64,000 nucleotides of DNA from an uncultured Candidatus Saccharibacteria bacterium. Lineage in GTDB: Bacteria; Patescibacteriota; Minisyncoccia; Phycocordibacterales; CAZPGN01. A model generated the notes under the pieces. It was given only the letters and a program-made list of their open reading frames with translations. It did not search any database and was not told where the DNA came from. Both the position numbers and the translations under genes were made by a program. The DNA is taken from NCBI GenBank assembly GCA_964586635.1, contig CAZPGN010000001.1, positions 72,932-136,931 of the forward strand, in the 5' to 3' direction. This document shows, piece after piece, positions 17,822 through 27,967 of the stretch; position 1 is the stretch's first letter, and each line of letters starts with the position of its first letter.

Positions 17822-18205
17822 TCATGAACTGTTCGTGCGCGAATCAATCTCGGCATGATCAAGACCAAAATGGTGCGCAACTTCATGCCATATCGTGTCG
17901 GCGATGACTTCGCGAATTCTATCTAGATTGCCGTTGCCAGCCGCTTCGATAGGCAATCGGTACAGCGTGATAGTATCTGGAAGAGTCATGCCCACACCGT
18001 AATATTCACCTCGCGCGGTTTGCGGAATGCCCTGATAAAGACCGAGAAGCGCTTCGTCTTCCATGATGCCTTCACTCATGCGTATTGCCTCGCTTGGCTC
18101 ATCCTCGATCACGAATGCGACATTACGAATCTTTTTTCGAAATGGTTCAGGGACTGGCGATAATCCAATCTCCGCAACCATTTGCTCAAATAATTCTTTC
18201 GTCAT
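17822..18205 (-). CDS. zincin-like metallopeptidase family protein (HExxH)
   Basis: HEVAHHFGLDH is an HExxH zinc-binding motif. Size and motif match the small cytosolic zincin_1/DUF1025 family. Confidence 0.5.
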   Translation of the reverse strand: MTKELFEQMVAEIGLSPVPEPFRKKIRNVAFVIEDEPSEAIRMSEGIMEDEALLGLYQGIPQTARGEYYGVGMTLPDTITLYRLPIEAAGNGNLDRIREVIADTIWHEVAHHFGLDHAEIDSRTNSS

Positions 18206-18235
18206 TATCTGCGTGGAATATCGTACTTTTCGTAT

Positions 18236-18562
18236 TTATCCAAACACCAAAACCTTTTCCGAACTCTCAACCATTTTGAGTAAATCGGACATTGTGGAAA
18301 TGGGGCATACTTTGCTTTCGCTCTTGCCTCGCACCTTTAGACAACTTTCACATGCGTAGATTTTACCTTTTAGCTCTTTGAACATTGCCACTTTTGCCGA
18401 AATATCGAAATCCTTGCTGTCCTGGATAGAGTCGAGTTCCGACCCCTCGCTCATCAAAAATACTTCAACCGCATGAGCGGCTTTAAGAGAGGTGATTCCG
18501 AAGCGAAATGCATTCCAAACATGTTCGGGATTATTTGATTGCAAAATGATACCGATCTTCAT
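18236..18562 (-). CDS. DsrE/DsrF-like family protein
   Basis: 108 aa. MKIGIILQSNNPEHVWNAFRFG…KIYACESC matches the DsrE/DsrF-like (YchN fold) pattern with conserved Cys. Confidence 0.55.
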   Translation of the reverse strand: MKIGIILQSNNPEHVWNAFRFGITSLKAAHAVEVFLMSEGSELDSIQDSKDFDISAKVAMFKELKGKIYACESCLKVRGKSESKVCPISTMSDLLKMVESSEKVLVFG

Positions 18563-18586
18563 AAGAATACCCTAACAAATTCATTG

Positions 18587-18657
18587 CTGCCGGGCTAGGA
18601 ATCGAACCTAGATTAAGGGCTCCAAAGACCCCTGTCCTACCGTTAGACGACCCGGCA
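18587..18657 (-). tRNA. tRNA-Gln (anticodon TTG)
   Basis: Hand-folded cloverleaf on the minus strand: TGCCGGG/CCCGGCA acceptor (U1-A72 as in bacterial tRNA-Gln), D arm GTCT…GGAC, anticodon loop CTTTGGA, T arm CTAGG-TTCGATT-CCTAG, discriminator G. Confidence 0.8.
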
Positions 18658-18694
18658 ATTCATATGGGATAGTATAACAAAATCCAGATACTTG

Positions 18695-19732
18695 CTACTG
18701 CAATTGGGTTTCTGGGTGGTCAATAAGGAGAAGCTCGAGAGGAAGTTCGGGTATCGATGCGTAGGTGACGCGCTCCCGTGCCATAATGAGATCGCGCAGG
18801 AGGTCAGATGGTTTAAAAATCTTTTTTGTCGCAACGCTCGCCTCTATTATATCAAGATCGGCCCTCTCTGAATCACCCGATATCCGTGCGAATGCCGATG
18901 GAGAATACTTACGCAACATCCATGCTCGTAATGAACGCATAACTATCTCGAGAAAGGCTTGCATATCGGCATTTTGTTTTGATGCGCTGGCTACTGCCTC
19001 AATTCCCTGTTCGATGTTGCCAGTAATGAGAGCGATGAGATAACGGAGCGCGAGCTCCTTGCTCGGAGCTCCCGCAAGATGCTCGACATCCGCGAGCGAG
19101 ATATTCGAGCCATCTACCGCATGCAGAACTTTTTGCAAAGCGCCATGCGCGTCTCGGAATGACCCGCCAGCGAGTAGCGCGATCGCCGTGGACGCATCAT
19201 CAGAAATCGAATATCCCTCCGACCTTGCCGTTGCAGTAATGACTTTTACCAGAATACTTTCGGTGGGACGCGCGAAATCAATTCGCTGACAGCGAGATAC
19301 TACGGTCTCGGGCACTTTGTGGATTTCAGTTGTCGCCAATACAAATATGACATGCAGGGGAGGTTCTTCGAGCACTTTTAGGAGACCGTTAAATGCGCTC
19401 TTTGAGAACATATGCACTTCATCGAAGATGTACACTTTGTACGGCGACTTGAAGGGCGCCGTCGCGACCCACTCTTTCATCTCGCGCACATCCTCGATGC
19501 CAGTGTTCGTCGCCGCGTCGAGCTCATAAAGATCCCCTGCATTCGTTCCAAGCTCGGCGGCAAAAATCCGCGCGAGACTCGTCTTCCCTGTTCCGCGAGG
19601 ACCGACAAAAAGATATGCATGCGCGACTCCGTTCTTAAGCGCGCCTTTTAGTATGGAGATAGCCGCATCCTGCCCAACGAGTTGGTCGAACGAGGATGGG
19701 CGGTATTTGCGATACAGAGAAAACTGCTGCAT
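18695..19732 (-). CDS. dnaX: DNA polymerase III subunit gamma/tau (short, gamma-only length)
   Basis: HAYLFVGPRGTGKTSLARIFA is a Walker A motif. IFDEVHMFS is a Walker B/DExx motif. TTEIHKVPETVVSRCQRIDF is the SRC sensor motif. 345 aa. Confidence 0.8.
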   Translation of the reverse strand: MQQFSLYRKYRPSSFDQLVGQDAAISILKGALKNGVAHAYLFVGPRGTGKTSLARIFAAELGTNAGDLYELDAATNTGIEDVREMKEWVATAPFKSPYKVYIFDEVHMFSKSAFNGLLKVLEEPPLHVIFVLATTEIHKVPETVVSRCQRIDFARPTESILVKVITATARSEGYSISDDASTAIALLAGGSFRDAHGALQKVLHAVDGSNISLADVEHLAGAPSKELALRYLIALITGNIEQGIEAVASASKQNADMQAFLEIVMRSLRAWMLRKYSPSAFARISGDSERADLDIIEASVATKKIFKPSDLLRDLIMARERVTYASIPELPLELLLIDHPETQLQ

Positions 19733-19743
19733 AGAGTGGTTGG

Positions 19744-21621
19744 TTACAGAATATTGGGCGATTCAATTCCAAGCAGGTAAAGACCCCTCTCAAGGACTAT
19801 CCTTACTGCATGAGTTATGACAAGACGATGGGGCGCGGCGAGGCCGCCATCCGCAAGCACGGGATAGCGCGCGTAATTGCTCTGATAATCGCGGGCAAGC
19901 TCAAATACGAAATTACCTATGATGCCAGGGTTATCAGTCCGCTCGGCCTTCAGCACGAGGTCTGGGAACTGAAGGAGCTTTTTGACAAGAGCGCGCTCAT
20001 CATTCTCAAGCGAGAGAGTCTCGATCGAACGCGCCGTTTCGACCTTCTTGCCATACTTTCGAATGATGCCACGCGCGCGAGCAAGGGCATACATCACATA
20101 CGCTCCGCCTGATTCCTCAAACTCTCCGAGCATCGCGTTTGTATCAGGATCCAGATCTACTGCATGGACCCTGTCCTTTCTAAGGTCGTTAAATATGATA
20201 GAGCCGCGCGCGAGCATGTCCGCATTTGCCTCAATTTCTTCACGCGATAGTTGCGCCGCGGCGGCGTACGCACGCGAGGCGTATTTTTTTGCAAAATGCT
20301 CACGTGCCGCCTCAAGCAAGGAGAATACATCTCCCGCGCCGCCGCGGCTCGAAAGCTTGGCGCCTGTTGCGGCATCCACATACAATCCGAGCGCAACATG
20401 AACAAGCGAACGTTCTGTACCATCAACAATACCGATCTCTCGTGCGGCACGGAACAGTTGCCTGAAATATGCCGACTGTTCCTCGCCGACTACATATGCG
20501 ATTTTTCGCGGATTAAATGCTGAGATGCGATATTGGATCGCAGCCAAATCTCGAGTCGCATACACCGATGCGCCATCACTGCGCCTTACAACAAGATACT
20601 CATCGTCTTCGAGCGGCACGACGGCTGCGCCGTCATGGTTCACTACTGTTCCTGCCGCAAGCCCTTTTTCAACAATACTCTGCCCACGGGCTGGAAAAAA
20701 GCTCTCTCCTATCGTGTGGTCAAAGCTGATGCCAAAGCGAGCGTAAAATGAATCAAACTCTGATCTGCTCCATCCGACCATCTCTTGCCAACGCCGCACG
20801 GTTTCGGGATCTCCAGATTCAAGTGCTCGAAAACGCGCATCCGCACGCGCCTTGAATTCATCCCATGCCAAACCGCCATCTTTTTCAAGCAGACGATAAC
20901 GGAGGTATATTTGATAGAGCTCTTCATTCTTGTCCTCCAAACGAGATGGTTCGGCGTGCCATCGATCCCACCCCTCTAGAACGAAACCGAATCCTCCCCA
21001 ATCATTTATATGATTTATGCGCTGAACCGTATATCCCGCGGCTTCATATATGCGCGACAATGACTCCCCAACGATGGTTGAACGAATGTGCCCCGCGTGA
21101 AGATGTTTGGCAACATTTGGACTCGAGTATTCGCAAACAGCGGTCTGGTCCGCAAAAATATCCGCGTCTCCGTATCGTTCTATCCCGTCGGCATCCTTCG
21201 TTTCCTGTACAGTTGCAAGCGATGAAAAAAGTCCGACGTCCGTAAATGACACATTGATGTACATTCCAGACGGGGCAATGTGCCCGATATGCGGATTTTC
21301 CAGAGCGAGTTGCGCAAAAAGTACAAGGAGTTTTGGAACAACTTCTTCTGCGTACAGCGCCGCCCCCTTCACTTTCAGCAATCCTGGTAGACGGATAGAG
21401 ATGTCGGCCCCGAATTTTTCTGTATCTATGAACGAGAACAGTATCTCCTCTCCTTCATAGATAGAACCCATTAAACACTTTTTTATTTGCAACTCGATAC
21501 TGGGGAGAAAGTATGCCGCGTGCGGCACATAGCCCCTGCTGGCACGCTTCTCAATAACACGCGCTGAAACTCGCTTGATTTCGAGTTCACGGGCTCTATT
21601 AAACTCTGCTAGAGCATTCAT
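19744..21621 (-). CDS. argS: arginine--tRNA ligase
   Basis: SPNVAKHLHAGHIRSTIVGESLSRI is a class I HIGH-like motif. The C-terminal DALR anticodon-binding region is present. 625 aa. Confidence 0.85.
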   Translation of the reverse strand: MNALAEFNRARELEIKRVSARVIEKRASRGYVPHAAYFLPSIELQIKKCLMGSIYEGEEILFSFIDTEKFGADISIRLPGLLKVKGAALYAEEVVPKLLVLFAQLALENPHIGHIAPSGMYINVSFTDVGLFSSLATVQETKDADGIERYGDADIFADQTAVCEYSSPNVAKHLHAGHIRSTIVGESLSRIYEAAGYTVQRINHINDWGGFGFVLEGWDRWHAEPSRLEDKNEELYQIYLRYRLLEKDGGLAWDEFKARADARFRALESGDPETVRRWQEMVGWSRSEFDSFYARFGISFDHTIGESFFPARGQSIVEKGLAAGTVVNHDGAAVVPLEDDEYLVVRRSDGASVYATRDLAAIQYRISAFNPRKIAYVVGEEQSAYFRQLFRAAREIGIVDGTERSLVHVALGLYVDAATGAKLSSRGGAGDVFSLLEAAREHFAKKYASRAYAAAAQLSREEIEANADMLARGSIIFNDLRKDRVHAVDLDPDTNAMLGEFEESGGAYVMYALARARGIIRKYGKKVETARSIETLSLENDERALVKKLLQFPDLVLKAERTDNPGIIGNFVFELARDYQSNYARYPVLADGGLAAPHRLVITHAVRIVLERGLYLLGIESPNIL

Positions 21622-21763
21622 ATTGGGAGTATAGTTAGACCATTGTAGCGCATATTCATGAGTTATCCCAAGTCGGTGATTGCCCTACGCATTAATCCCA
21701 TGATATATACTAAACAGATGTACACTGGATGCATGAGTTAGCTCGATACGAAAAAAGGAGGAC

Positions 21764-21947
21764 TATGTGGACTGTGTTCAGAAGACGAAGGCCGCTCCAT
21801 ATCGGAACGGCGTTTAGTTACTTTAGACGGAAGCCTCGACAAGACACTCAAGGCACCATAGAACAGAAGGCGCCCCAAACAGAACAGGAACACAACGCCT
21901 CGGCACAATCGGCACAAGCTGAAGATGCACAGAAGAGAGATTCATGA
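21764..21947 (+). CDS. small hypothetical protein (61 aa; basic N-terminus, acidic C-terminus)
   Basis: Strong SD AAAAGGAGG 6 nt upstream of the ATG at 21764. Low-complexity composition, so it could be spurious. Confidence 0.25.
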
Positions 21948-21990
21948 TTTTTCTCGGTGTTCGAATAGGCCCACACGGGCCTATTTGCTA

Positions 21991-23010
21991 TCATGCGCCA
22001 TTCCCATCGTCCAAAGCAGACAAAAAATTCTCGATTACACCGAGAGCCTTTGTTCCCGTTTGCGTATCCATGAGTTCGGCGCGAAGTTTGTGAGCGCCGT
22101 CAAAACCCGCCACGTATGCTTTGAAATGCTTTTTCATAACGCTGAAACTTTTCGGCGGCCAACCCCGCTCATGCACCAACCATGATTCATGATCATACAA
22201 CAATTCATAAAGACGAATATGTTCCGCTAGCACACGGAGCTTTTCCGCAGTGTTCGGATTGCGCTCCGAGAACAACCACGGATTTCCAAAAACAGCCCGT
22301 CCGAGCATAACGCCATCGACTCCATAGACCAGGGATTTCTCGCGTGCATCATCGAGGTCTCGAACATCCCCATTGCCAATTATAAGCGTGCCAGTACCTG
22401 CCGCGAGTCGCGCCGCTTTCCCAATCTCATCCCAATGCGCCGGAACTTTCGACATCTCCCTCGCCGTTCTGCCGTGAACCGTGATAGCCGCAGGTTTAGC
22501 CTTCAGCAGTGACGAAATCCACGATTCCGTAACGATCGCATCCAGACCAATGCGGGTTTTTACGGACACTGGGAAATCCGAACGAACAGACTCCCCGCCC
22601 TGCTTTGCGGCCGCGATAATTTCAAGCGCTCGACCAGTGTCGTTTATAAGAGCGGCACATGAACCCTGTTTAAGCACGGAGCGTTCTGGACAACCCATGT
22701 TTATATCAATACCGTCGAATCCTAATTCTCCGGCAAGAACCGCCGCGCGTTCAAAATTAGTTGGATCAATACCAAAAACCTGCGCCAGAATCGGATGTTC
22801 GACTTCAGAGTATTCGAATTCTCGGAGAAGCTTTTTTTTGGCCTTGCTTTGAAGTCCCTCAACAGAAACAAACTCTGTAAAAAACACATCAGGTTTTCCA
22901 CATTTCGCTATGATGCGTCGAAAGGCCGCGTCTGTAACATCGTACATGGGCGCAAGCGCAAAAAATGGCCGCGGCAATTTATTCCAAAAGCTGGGGTTGG
23001 TAGTTTTCAT
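21991..23010 (-). CDS. tRNA-dihydrouridine synthase
   Basis: LAPMYDVTDAAFR…FDGIDINMGCP…VSVKTRIG are Dus family motifs (TIM barrel, catalytic Cys in NMGCP). Confidence 0.8.
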   Translation of the reverse strand: MKTTNPSFWNKLPRPFFALAPMYDVTDAAFRRIIAKCGKPDVFFTEFVSVEGLQSKAKKKLLREFEYSEVEHPILAQVFGIDPTNFERAAVLAGELGFDGIDINMGCPERSVLKQGSCAALINDTGRALEIIAAAKQGGESVRSDFPVSVKTRIGLDAIVTESWISSLLKAKPAAITVHGRTAREMSKVPAHWDEIGKAARLAAGTGTLIIGNGDVRDLDDAREKSLVYGVDGVMLGRAVFGNPWLFSERNPNTAEKLRVLAEHIRLYELLYDHESWLVHERGWPPKSFSVMKKHFKAYVAGFDGAHKLRAELMDTQTGTKALGVIENFLSALDDGNGA

Positions 23011-24874
23011 TCGTGCGCGTTAGCCGCGGGTTAACCCGCACTATAGTATCCTTCTTCAGCAGAACTTCGAGCGCCATTCCTGTTTTTGTTTCCTCTGAAA
23101 AATCCTGGTCGAAAATGAAATTTCCGAGCGAGTACGCGATTACGCCGCCATTATACTCTTCGATGGGCTGAATAACATGTGGGTGATGGCCGATGACGAT
23201 ACGCGCGCCCGCATCAATCGCGGCATGGGCAAGCTCTCGCTGGCGCCGAGTGGGTTCCTGCTCGTACTCATCACCAAAATGGATAGATACAACGAGAGTA
23301 TCGCTCTCGTTTGCAGCGGCCGTGATGATAGAGGAATAGTCGGGGTCGCTCGCGGTAAGCATATATGATGAATCTATGTCTTCCGAGAGCCATGCGGGAC
23401 CAAGATCGGAGAATGCAAGAAAGGCGACTCTCGTTCCGCCTCGTTCGATTATGCGCGGTCGTTTGGCCTCTAGTCGTGAAGTCCCGCCTCCCGCCGACTC
23501 AATGCCTGCCGCCTTTAGACGGACAAGAGTGTCTTCGAAGGCGCCACGACCCCAATCACCGGAATGATTGTTTGCGACGCTCACCACATCGAAGCCTGCG
23601 CCAGAGAGCGCATCCATGGCCTTTGGGTCCATTCGGAATGAGTACGCACCACCAAGATCATACCCCCTGTTGGAGAGGGGTCCTTCTAAATTAGCGAAGG
23701 CAATATCGGCACGGCCAAGATACTCGGAACTCGAAAAAATCGTTCTGTAGTCGCCTCCCGCAGAGTCGATCCGCGCGCGCACGCCGCGATCCATCATAAT
23801 GTCACCGACGAATACGAGAGAGAGCGGCGATGAATCATCGTCACCGCCCCGTCCTGAAGTTCCGTCAAGCAGAGTGCGCGCCACGCTTGAGCGTCTAGCA
23901 TATTCTCCCATAGTTACAGAATCAACAAGCGCGGCAATATCACGATTGCGTGTGCTACTTCCGAGCACGGCTACCATAATGGTGCGAGTATCTAAATTGC
24001 CAAATGGCACCGAGAAGAATGCGACACCAGTCTGTGCCGCTTCCGGAATGAAGCCGGTTTTACCGCCAACATAAAACGGGTCGGCATTTTTTATAAAGTA
24101 TCCACTGTGCATCCAACGATGATAGCGATTGCGAAGTGTGCTTGGGACGACCGAATCATTCGTATTGGTAATTTTTAGAATGTCCTGTTCCGACGCGTAT
24201 AAATACCGTCCGAACAAAAAGAGGTCGAATGCTGTCGAGCGGTTTCCGACAGAAAGTCCGCTTGGGTCCTCAAACACAGTATCATGAAGCAGGTGTGTGC
24301 GGGCGAATGTATTGAGTTGCGCGATGAAATCATCGCGCCCAGCACTCTCCGCGAGCATTTCTGCGGCGTCGTTGCTTGATTCGAGTAGGAGCGGGTAGGC
24401 AAGCTCTCGGGGAGTCAATTCCTCCCCGACAACCAAGTTGCCTGTCGTGCCATATGCCGACAAGGCTTTTTTGCTTGCGGGTATTGGGATGTCGCGAGGG
24501 AGAAGGGCCTGCGAAACAACCTGCGTGAAGAGTTTGGACACTGAAGCGATGGGCAACTGTTCCTTCTCGGCATGTGCGAGCAATATCTCGCCCGAATCCA
24601 GGTCGCCAACAATATATGCTTCGGCGGAGACTAGGGGCGTCTCGTGCGAGGCAACCACGAAGAGCGTCTTTTGGCGCCAGCGCTCTGACATTTCTATAGC
24701 AATCCTATCCCCAACAGCACTCGCCCGTTCCCAGAGCAGCTGCCTGCCCTCCGAGAACCGAACGATGCCATGTGCCGCAGCCCGCGGGACTTCTACAACA
24801 ATTACCGACACCGTAAAACCGATCACCACTACTATCGCGATCCATACGAATGTGTGTAATGCATTGCGGATCAT
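22979..24874 (-). CDS. fusion protein: N-terminal D-alanyl-D-alanine carboxypeptidase (peptidase S11, PBP5-like) plus C-terminal CapA/PGA_cap metallophosphatase domain
   Basis: TM anchor, then the S11 motifs SxxK (IASVSKLF), SxN (LLESSNDAA) and KTG (GGKTGF). The C-terminal half (VFVGDIMMDRGV…FANLEGPLS…GHHPHV) matches the CapA capsule-synthesis phosphoesterase family. Confidence 0.65.
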   Translation of the reverse strand: MIRNALHTFVWIAIVVVIGFTVSVIVVEVPRAAAHGIVRFSEGRQLLWERASAVGDRIAIEMSERWRQKTLFVVASHETPLVSAEAYIVGDLDSGEILLAHAEKEQLPIASVSKLFTQVVSQALLPRDIPIPASKKALSAYGTTGNLVVGEELTPRELAYPLLLESSNDAAEMLAESAGRDDFIAQLNTFARTHLLHDTVFEDPSGLSVGNRSTAFDLFLFGRYLYASEQDILKITNTNDSVVPSTLRNRYHRWMHSGYFIKNADPFYVGGKTGFIPEAAQTGVAFFSVPFGNLDTRTIMVAVLGSSTRNRDIAALVDSVTMGEYARRSSVARTLLDGTSGRGGDDDSSPLSLVFVGDIMMDRGVRARIDSAGGDYRTIFSSSEYLGRADIAFANLEGPLSNRGYDLGGAYSFRMDPKAMDALSGAGFDVVSVANNHSGDWGRGAFEDTLVRLKAAGIESAGGGTSRLEAKRPRIIERGGTRVAFLAFSDLGPAWLSEDIDSSYMLTASDPDYSSIITAAANESDTLVVSIHFGDEYEQEPTRRQRELAHAAIDAGARIVIGHHPHVIQPIEEYNGGVIAYSLGNFIFDQDFSEETKTGMALEVLLKKDTIVRVNPRLTRTNENYQPQLLE

Positions 24875-25659
24875 TGTCGTGGTATGAAAGTATAATATAC
24901 CTTGTCTCCGAAGCGAATATCGATGTTCGAAAGCCGCAGCGAAGGATCTTGTCGCTTCGCGATAAATTCCGGCGCGGTGATGGCAAGCGTAAGATTTTCA
25001 AGCGCTCGCGGCGCATCATCGTCAATATTCAACATTACGCTTGAACTATCGGCCAATCCGACTCGATAGTCCCCATCACCGACATTTTCAAACACGGTTA
25101 TTCCGTGTCCGAGTACTTGCGGAATGCGCGCCAGATACTCCTCTGCACGACGAAAAAGAGTATCGGCTAATACCGTCATTCCACGAGCCTCGCCCTCGAC
25201 ACCTCCTGTCCACTTGATATATGCCGCACTGCCAGAGAAATAGGGCGCGGCGCGAAAGAGATACCCCGTATCACTCATGTAAAAGCATTCGTGCGAAGCA
25301 TTATCGTGGCACCAAAGATATCTCGGCTTGCGTTCAGTTATGGCAATTTCAAGGACTTGAGACCTCGCGATAAGCGTCGCCGTCGCTATCTCGGGATACT
25401 GTTCTATCAGAAGGTTCGAGATTTGTCTGCGCGGGTACGCGAAGACATTATTGCGCGGGATGATAAACGCATAGGTTCCCGAGATCTCTCTGGAGGAGAG
25501 TTCGACAATCGCCTCGCTATCGATAGTTTCGACCCCTGTTACGATCACCGAGTCGATAGTCAACATATCGATTCTGCTAGCAAGCGCGACTAGCGAGAGC
25601 ATGGCGACAAAGACCGCAAAGATACCGCCCACCCTCCACAGTCGCCGCCTGCGACCCAT
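24871..25659 (-). CDS. FtsQ/DivIB-like cell division protein (POTRA domain)
   Basis: Basic N-terminus, one TM (IFAVFVAMLSLVALA), then a POTRA-like region (IDSVIVTGVETIDSEAIVE). It lies between a dacB-like gene and serS. The start is trimmed to an internal Met to avoid overlap with serS. Confidence 0.45.
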   Translation of the reverse strand: MGRRRRLWRVGGIFAVFVAMLSLVALASRIDMLTIDSVIVTGVETIDSEAIVELSSREISGTYAFIIPRNNVFAYPRRQISNLLIEQYPEIATATLIARSQVLEIAITERKPRYLWCHDNASHECFYMSDTGYLFRAAPYFSGSAAYIKWTGGVEGEARGMTVLADTLFRRAEEYLARIPQVLGHGITVFENVGDGDYRVGLADSSSVMLNIDDDAPRALENLTLAITAPEFIAKRQDPSLRLSNIDIRFGDKVYYTFIPRQ

Positions 25660-25711
25660 AACCCGCGAGCGCAACAACAAATCGCGCTGACTAGTTTTCC
25701 GACGGACATTG

Positions 25712-26992
25712 TTACTGGCTCGTTCCACCACGGACAATCTTGTCTTTCCCAAAATATTGCGCAAGTTTCGGAGGGATGCGGATCGACCCGTCAGGTTCCT
25801 GCAAATTTTCTACGAGTGAGACGAGAAGCCGAGGCGTTGCAAGAGCTGTGTTATTAAGCGAGTGCACGAACCGCAAACTCCCATCATCATCGCGATAGCG
25901 GATATTAAAACGGCGCGTTTGAAAGTCGTGAAAATAGGAATCTGAATGTGTCTCGCGATATGTCGCTTCTGACGGCACCCACGCCTCAACATCATACTTC
26001 TTCACCTGCCCGAGTCCAAGATCGCCGCCACAGTTGACAACAACTCGATAAGGCAACTCTAACCCCTGCATGAGTTTCTCCGCGTTCTCGAGTAATTTCT
26101 CATGCCACTCCACGCTATCTCGATGGTTCGCTTCGACGAGAACGACTTGCTCAACCTTGAAAAATTCGTGCACTCGCATCAGGCCATGTGTATCCTTGCC
26201 ATGGCTTCCCGCTTCGCGGCGGAAACAAGGAGAGAAGGCGGCGATCCTTAGTGGCAGTTTCTCTTTCAGAATTACTTCGTCCATGAAGTATCCCATAGCG
26301 CCAACCTCTCCCGTTCCCGCAAAATATGTTCCGTCTTGGGTCATGTACAGGTCGTCCTTGCCCTGCGGAAGGTAGCCAGTTCCAAGAAGAGGTTCTTTAC
26401 GGACATGGGACGGCACTAGCATCGGAGTAAATCCTTCTCCGATAAGCAGATCAAGAGCATAACGCCAGAGAGCCAAAGAGAGAAGAATGCCGTCATTTTT
26501 CAAAAAATAGCCTCTGAATCCGGCCACCTTAACGCCGCGTTCAAAATCGACCATATCGAGTTCGGTCATCAATGAAACATGGTCTTTCGCGAGGAAATCG
26601 AACTTGCGCGGTTCTCCCCATGTGTGGAGCTCTTTGTTTTCAGCATCATACTGCCCCTCGGGGACAGAAATGTCCGGGATATTTGGCACAGCGAGCATCA
26701 GCTTTTGCCACTTCTGCACTATGCCCCGAAGTGCTTCTTCTTTTTTCTGCAGTTCTTCCTTGAGCTCCTTCATAAGGGAGATGTGGTGAGCACGCTCCGA
26801 AGGATCAGCAGTACTTGCTATCTGCTGGCTCGCCTCGTTCTGTTTCGCCCGCATCTCTTCGACCTCTGTCATGAGAGCGCGCCGATTGTCATCTTCCCCG
26901 ATCAAGATATCCACATCAAACGCGATATGTTTCTTCCGCGCCGCCTCCCTCACCAAATCTTTATTCTCTCGAATGAATTTAATATCCAGCAT
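25712..26992 (-). CDS. serS: serine--tRNA ligase
   Basis: MLDIKFIRENKDLV is the SerRS N-terminal coiled-coil start. Class II motifs are present (FRREAGSHGKDTHGLMRVHEF; GDLGL…K). The start is trimmed to MLDIKF. Confidence 0.85.
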   Translation of the reverse strand: MLDIKFIRENKDLVREAARKKHIAFDVDILIGEDDNRRALMTEVEEMRAKQNEASQQIASTADPSERAHHISLMKELKEELQKKEEALRGIVQKWQKLMLAVPNIPDISVPEGQYDAENKELHTWGEPRKFDFLAKDHVSLMTELDMVDFERGVKVAGFRGYFLKNDGILLSLALWRYALDLLIGEGFTPMLVPSHVRKEPLLGTGYLPQGKDDLYMTQDGTYFAGTGEVGAMGYFMDEVILKEKLPLRIAAFSPCFRREAGSHGKDTHGLMRVHEFFKVEQVVLVEANHRDSVEWHEKLLENAEKLMQGLELPYRVVVNCGGDLGLGQVKKYDVEAWVPSEATYRETHSDSYFHDFQTRRFNIRYRDDDGSLRFVHSLNNTALATPRLLVSLVENLQEPDGSIRIPPKLAQYFGKDKIVRGGTSQ

Positions 26993-27047
26993 AGTTCGAA
27001 GTATACGACTCAATGGTATCAGAAATGTTAGAATATCTGAAATAGTT

Positions 27048-27911
27048 ATGCGAACCATAGAAAAAGAGAATATCCCTACATCACTTCAAGAAATACCAGA
27101 GCCGCCGACGCGGCTGTATATTGAAGGCGAACTTCCGAACGCCGAACATTTCATCTATCTTGCGGTCGTCGGTTCGCGCCGCTATTCGAACTATGGCAGG
27201 GAGGCATGCGAACACTTGATTGCAGGACTTTCCGGCTCGCCCATCGTCATCGTTTCGGGTCTCGCACATGGTATTGACGCTCTCGCGCACCGTGCCGCGC
27301 TTTCAGCGAAATTGCCGACTGTCGCATTCCCCGGTTCTGGCCTCGACCGTCGCTCTCTCTATCCAAGAAGCAACATCGGACTTGCGGACGAAATACTCGC
27401 GGCGGGCGGCGCCTTGGTTTCCGAATTCGAGCCCATGACTCGCGGCGCACTGCATACATTTCCGAGACGCAACCGCCTCATGGCAGGAATCTCTCGCGCT
27501 GTGCTTGTTGTTGAAGCCGGGGAACGCTCTGGAACGCTTATCACTGCGCGGCTCGCGATTGAATACAATCGGGACCTATTCACGGTTCCCGGCTCAATTT
27601 TTTCGGAACACTCCATCGGCGCGCACCGCCTTCTACGCCATGGAGCCGTACCCATAACAACAAGCGCCGATCTTTTGCTTGAGCTCGGCATCGAGAACAA
27701 GCGAAATGCCTCACCATTAGTCGACGGTCTCACCATTAATGAATGCCGGGTTCTCGAAGCGCTCCATGAACCACTCGAACGAGATGCGCTATTGCGAACT
27801 CTTCCTATGCCAATCGCGGAAGCGAATGCCTTACTCATGACAATGGAGATACGTGGTCTCATATCCGAATCTGTAGGTCGCTTCCGCAAAACGAACAACG
27901 CCATACAATGA
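27048..27911 (+). CDS. dprA: DNA processing protein DprA (Smf family)
   Basis: LAVVGSRRYSNYGREACEHLIAGL…IVSGLAHGIDALAHRAAL…GGALVSEF is the DprA Rossmann-like domain. The start is trimmed to MRTIEKEN, downstream of the serS overlap. Confidence 0.8.
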   Translation: MRTIEKENIPTSLQEIPEPPTRLYIEGELPNAEHFIYLAVVGSRRYSNYGREACEHLIAGLSGSPIVIVSGLAHGIDALAHRAALSAKLPTVAFPGSGLDRRSLYPRSNIGLADEILAAGGALVSEFEPMTRGALHTFPRRNRLMAGISRAVLVVEAGERSGTLITARLAIEYNRDLFTVPGSIFSEHSIGAHRLLRHGAVPITTSADLLLELGIENKRNASPLVDGLTINECRVLEALHEPLERDALLRTLPMPIAEANALLMTMEIRGLISESVGRFRKTNNAIQ

Positions 27912-27967
27912 AGGCGAACGCGGTAACACTTGCGCATGTCCGCAATGTGTAGTAGTAGTGTAAAGAT

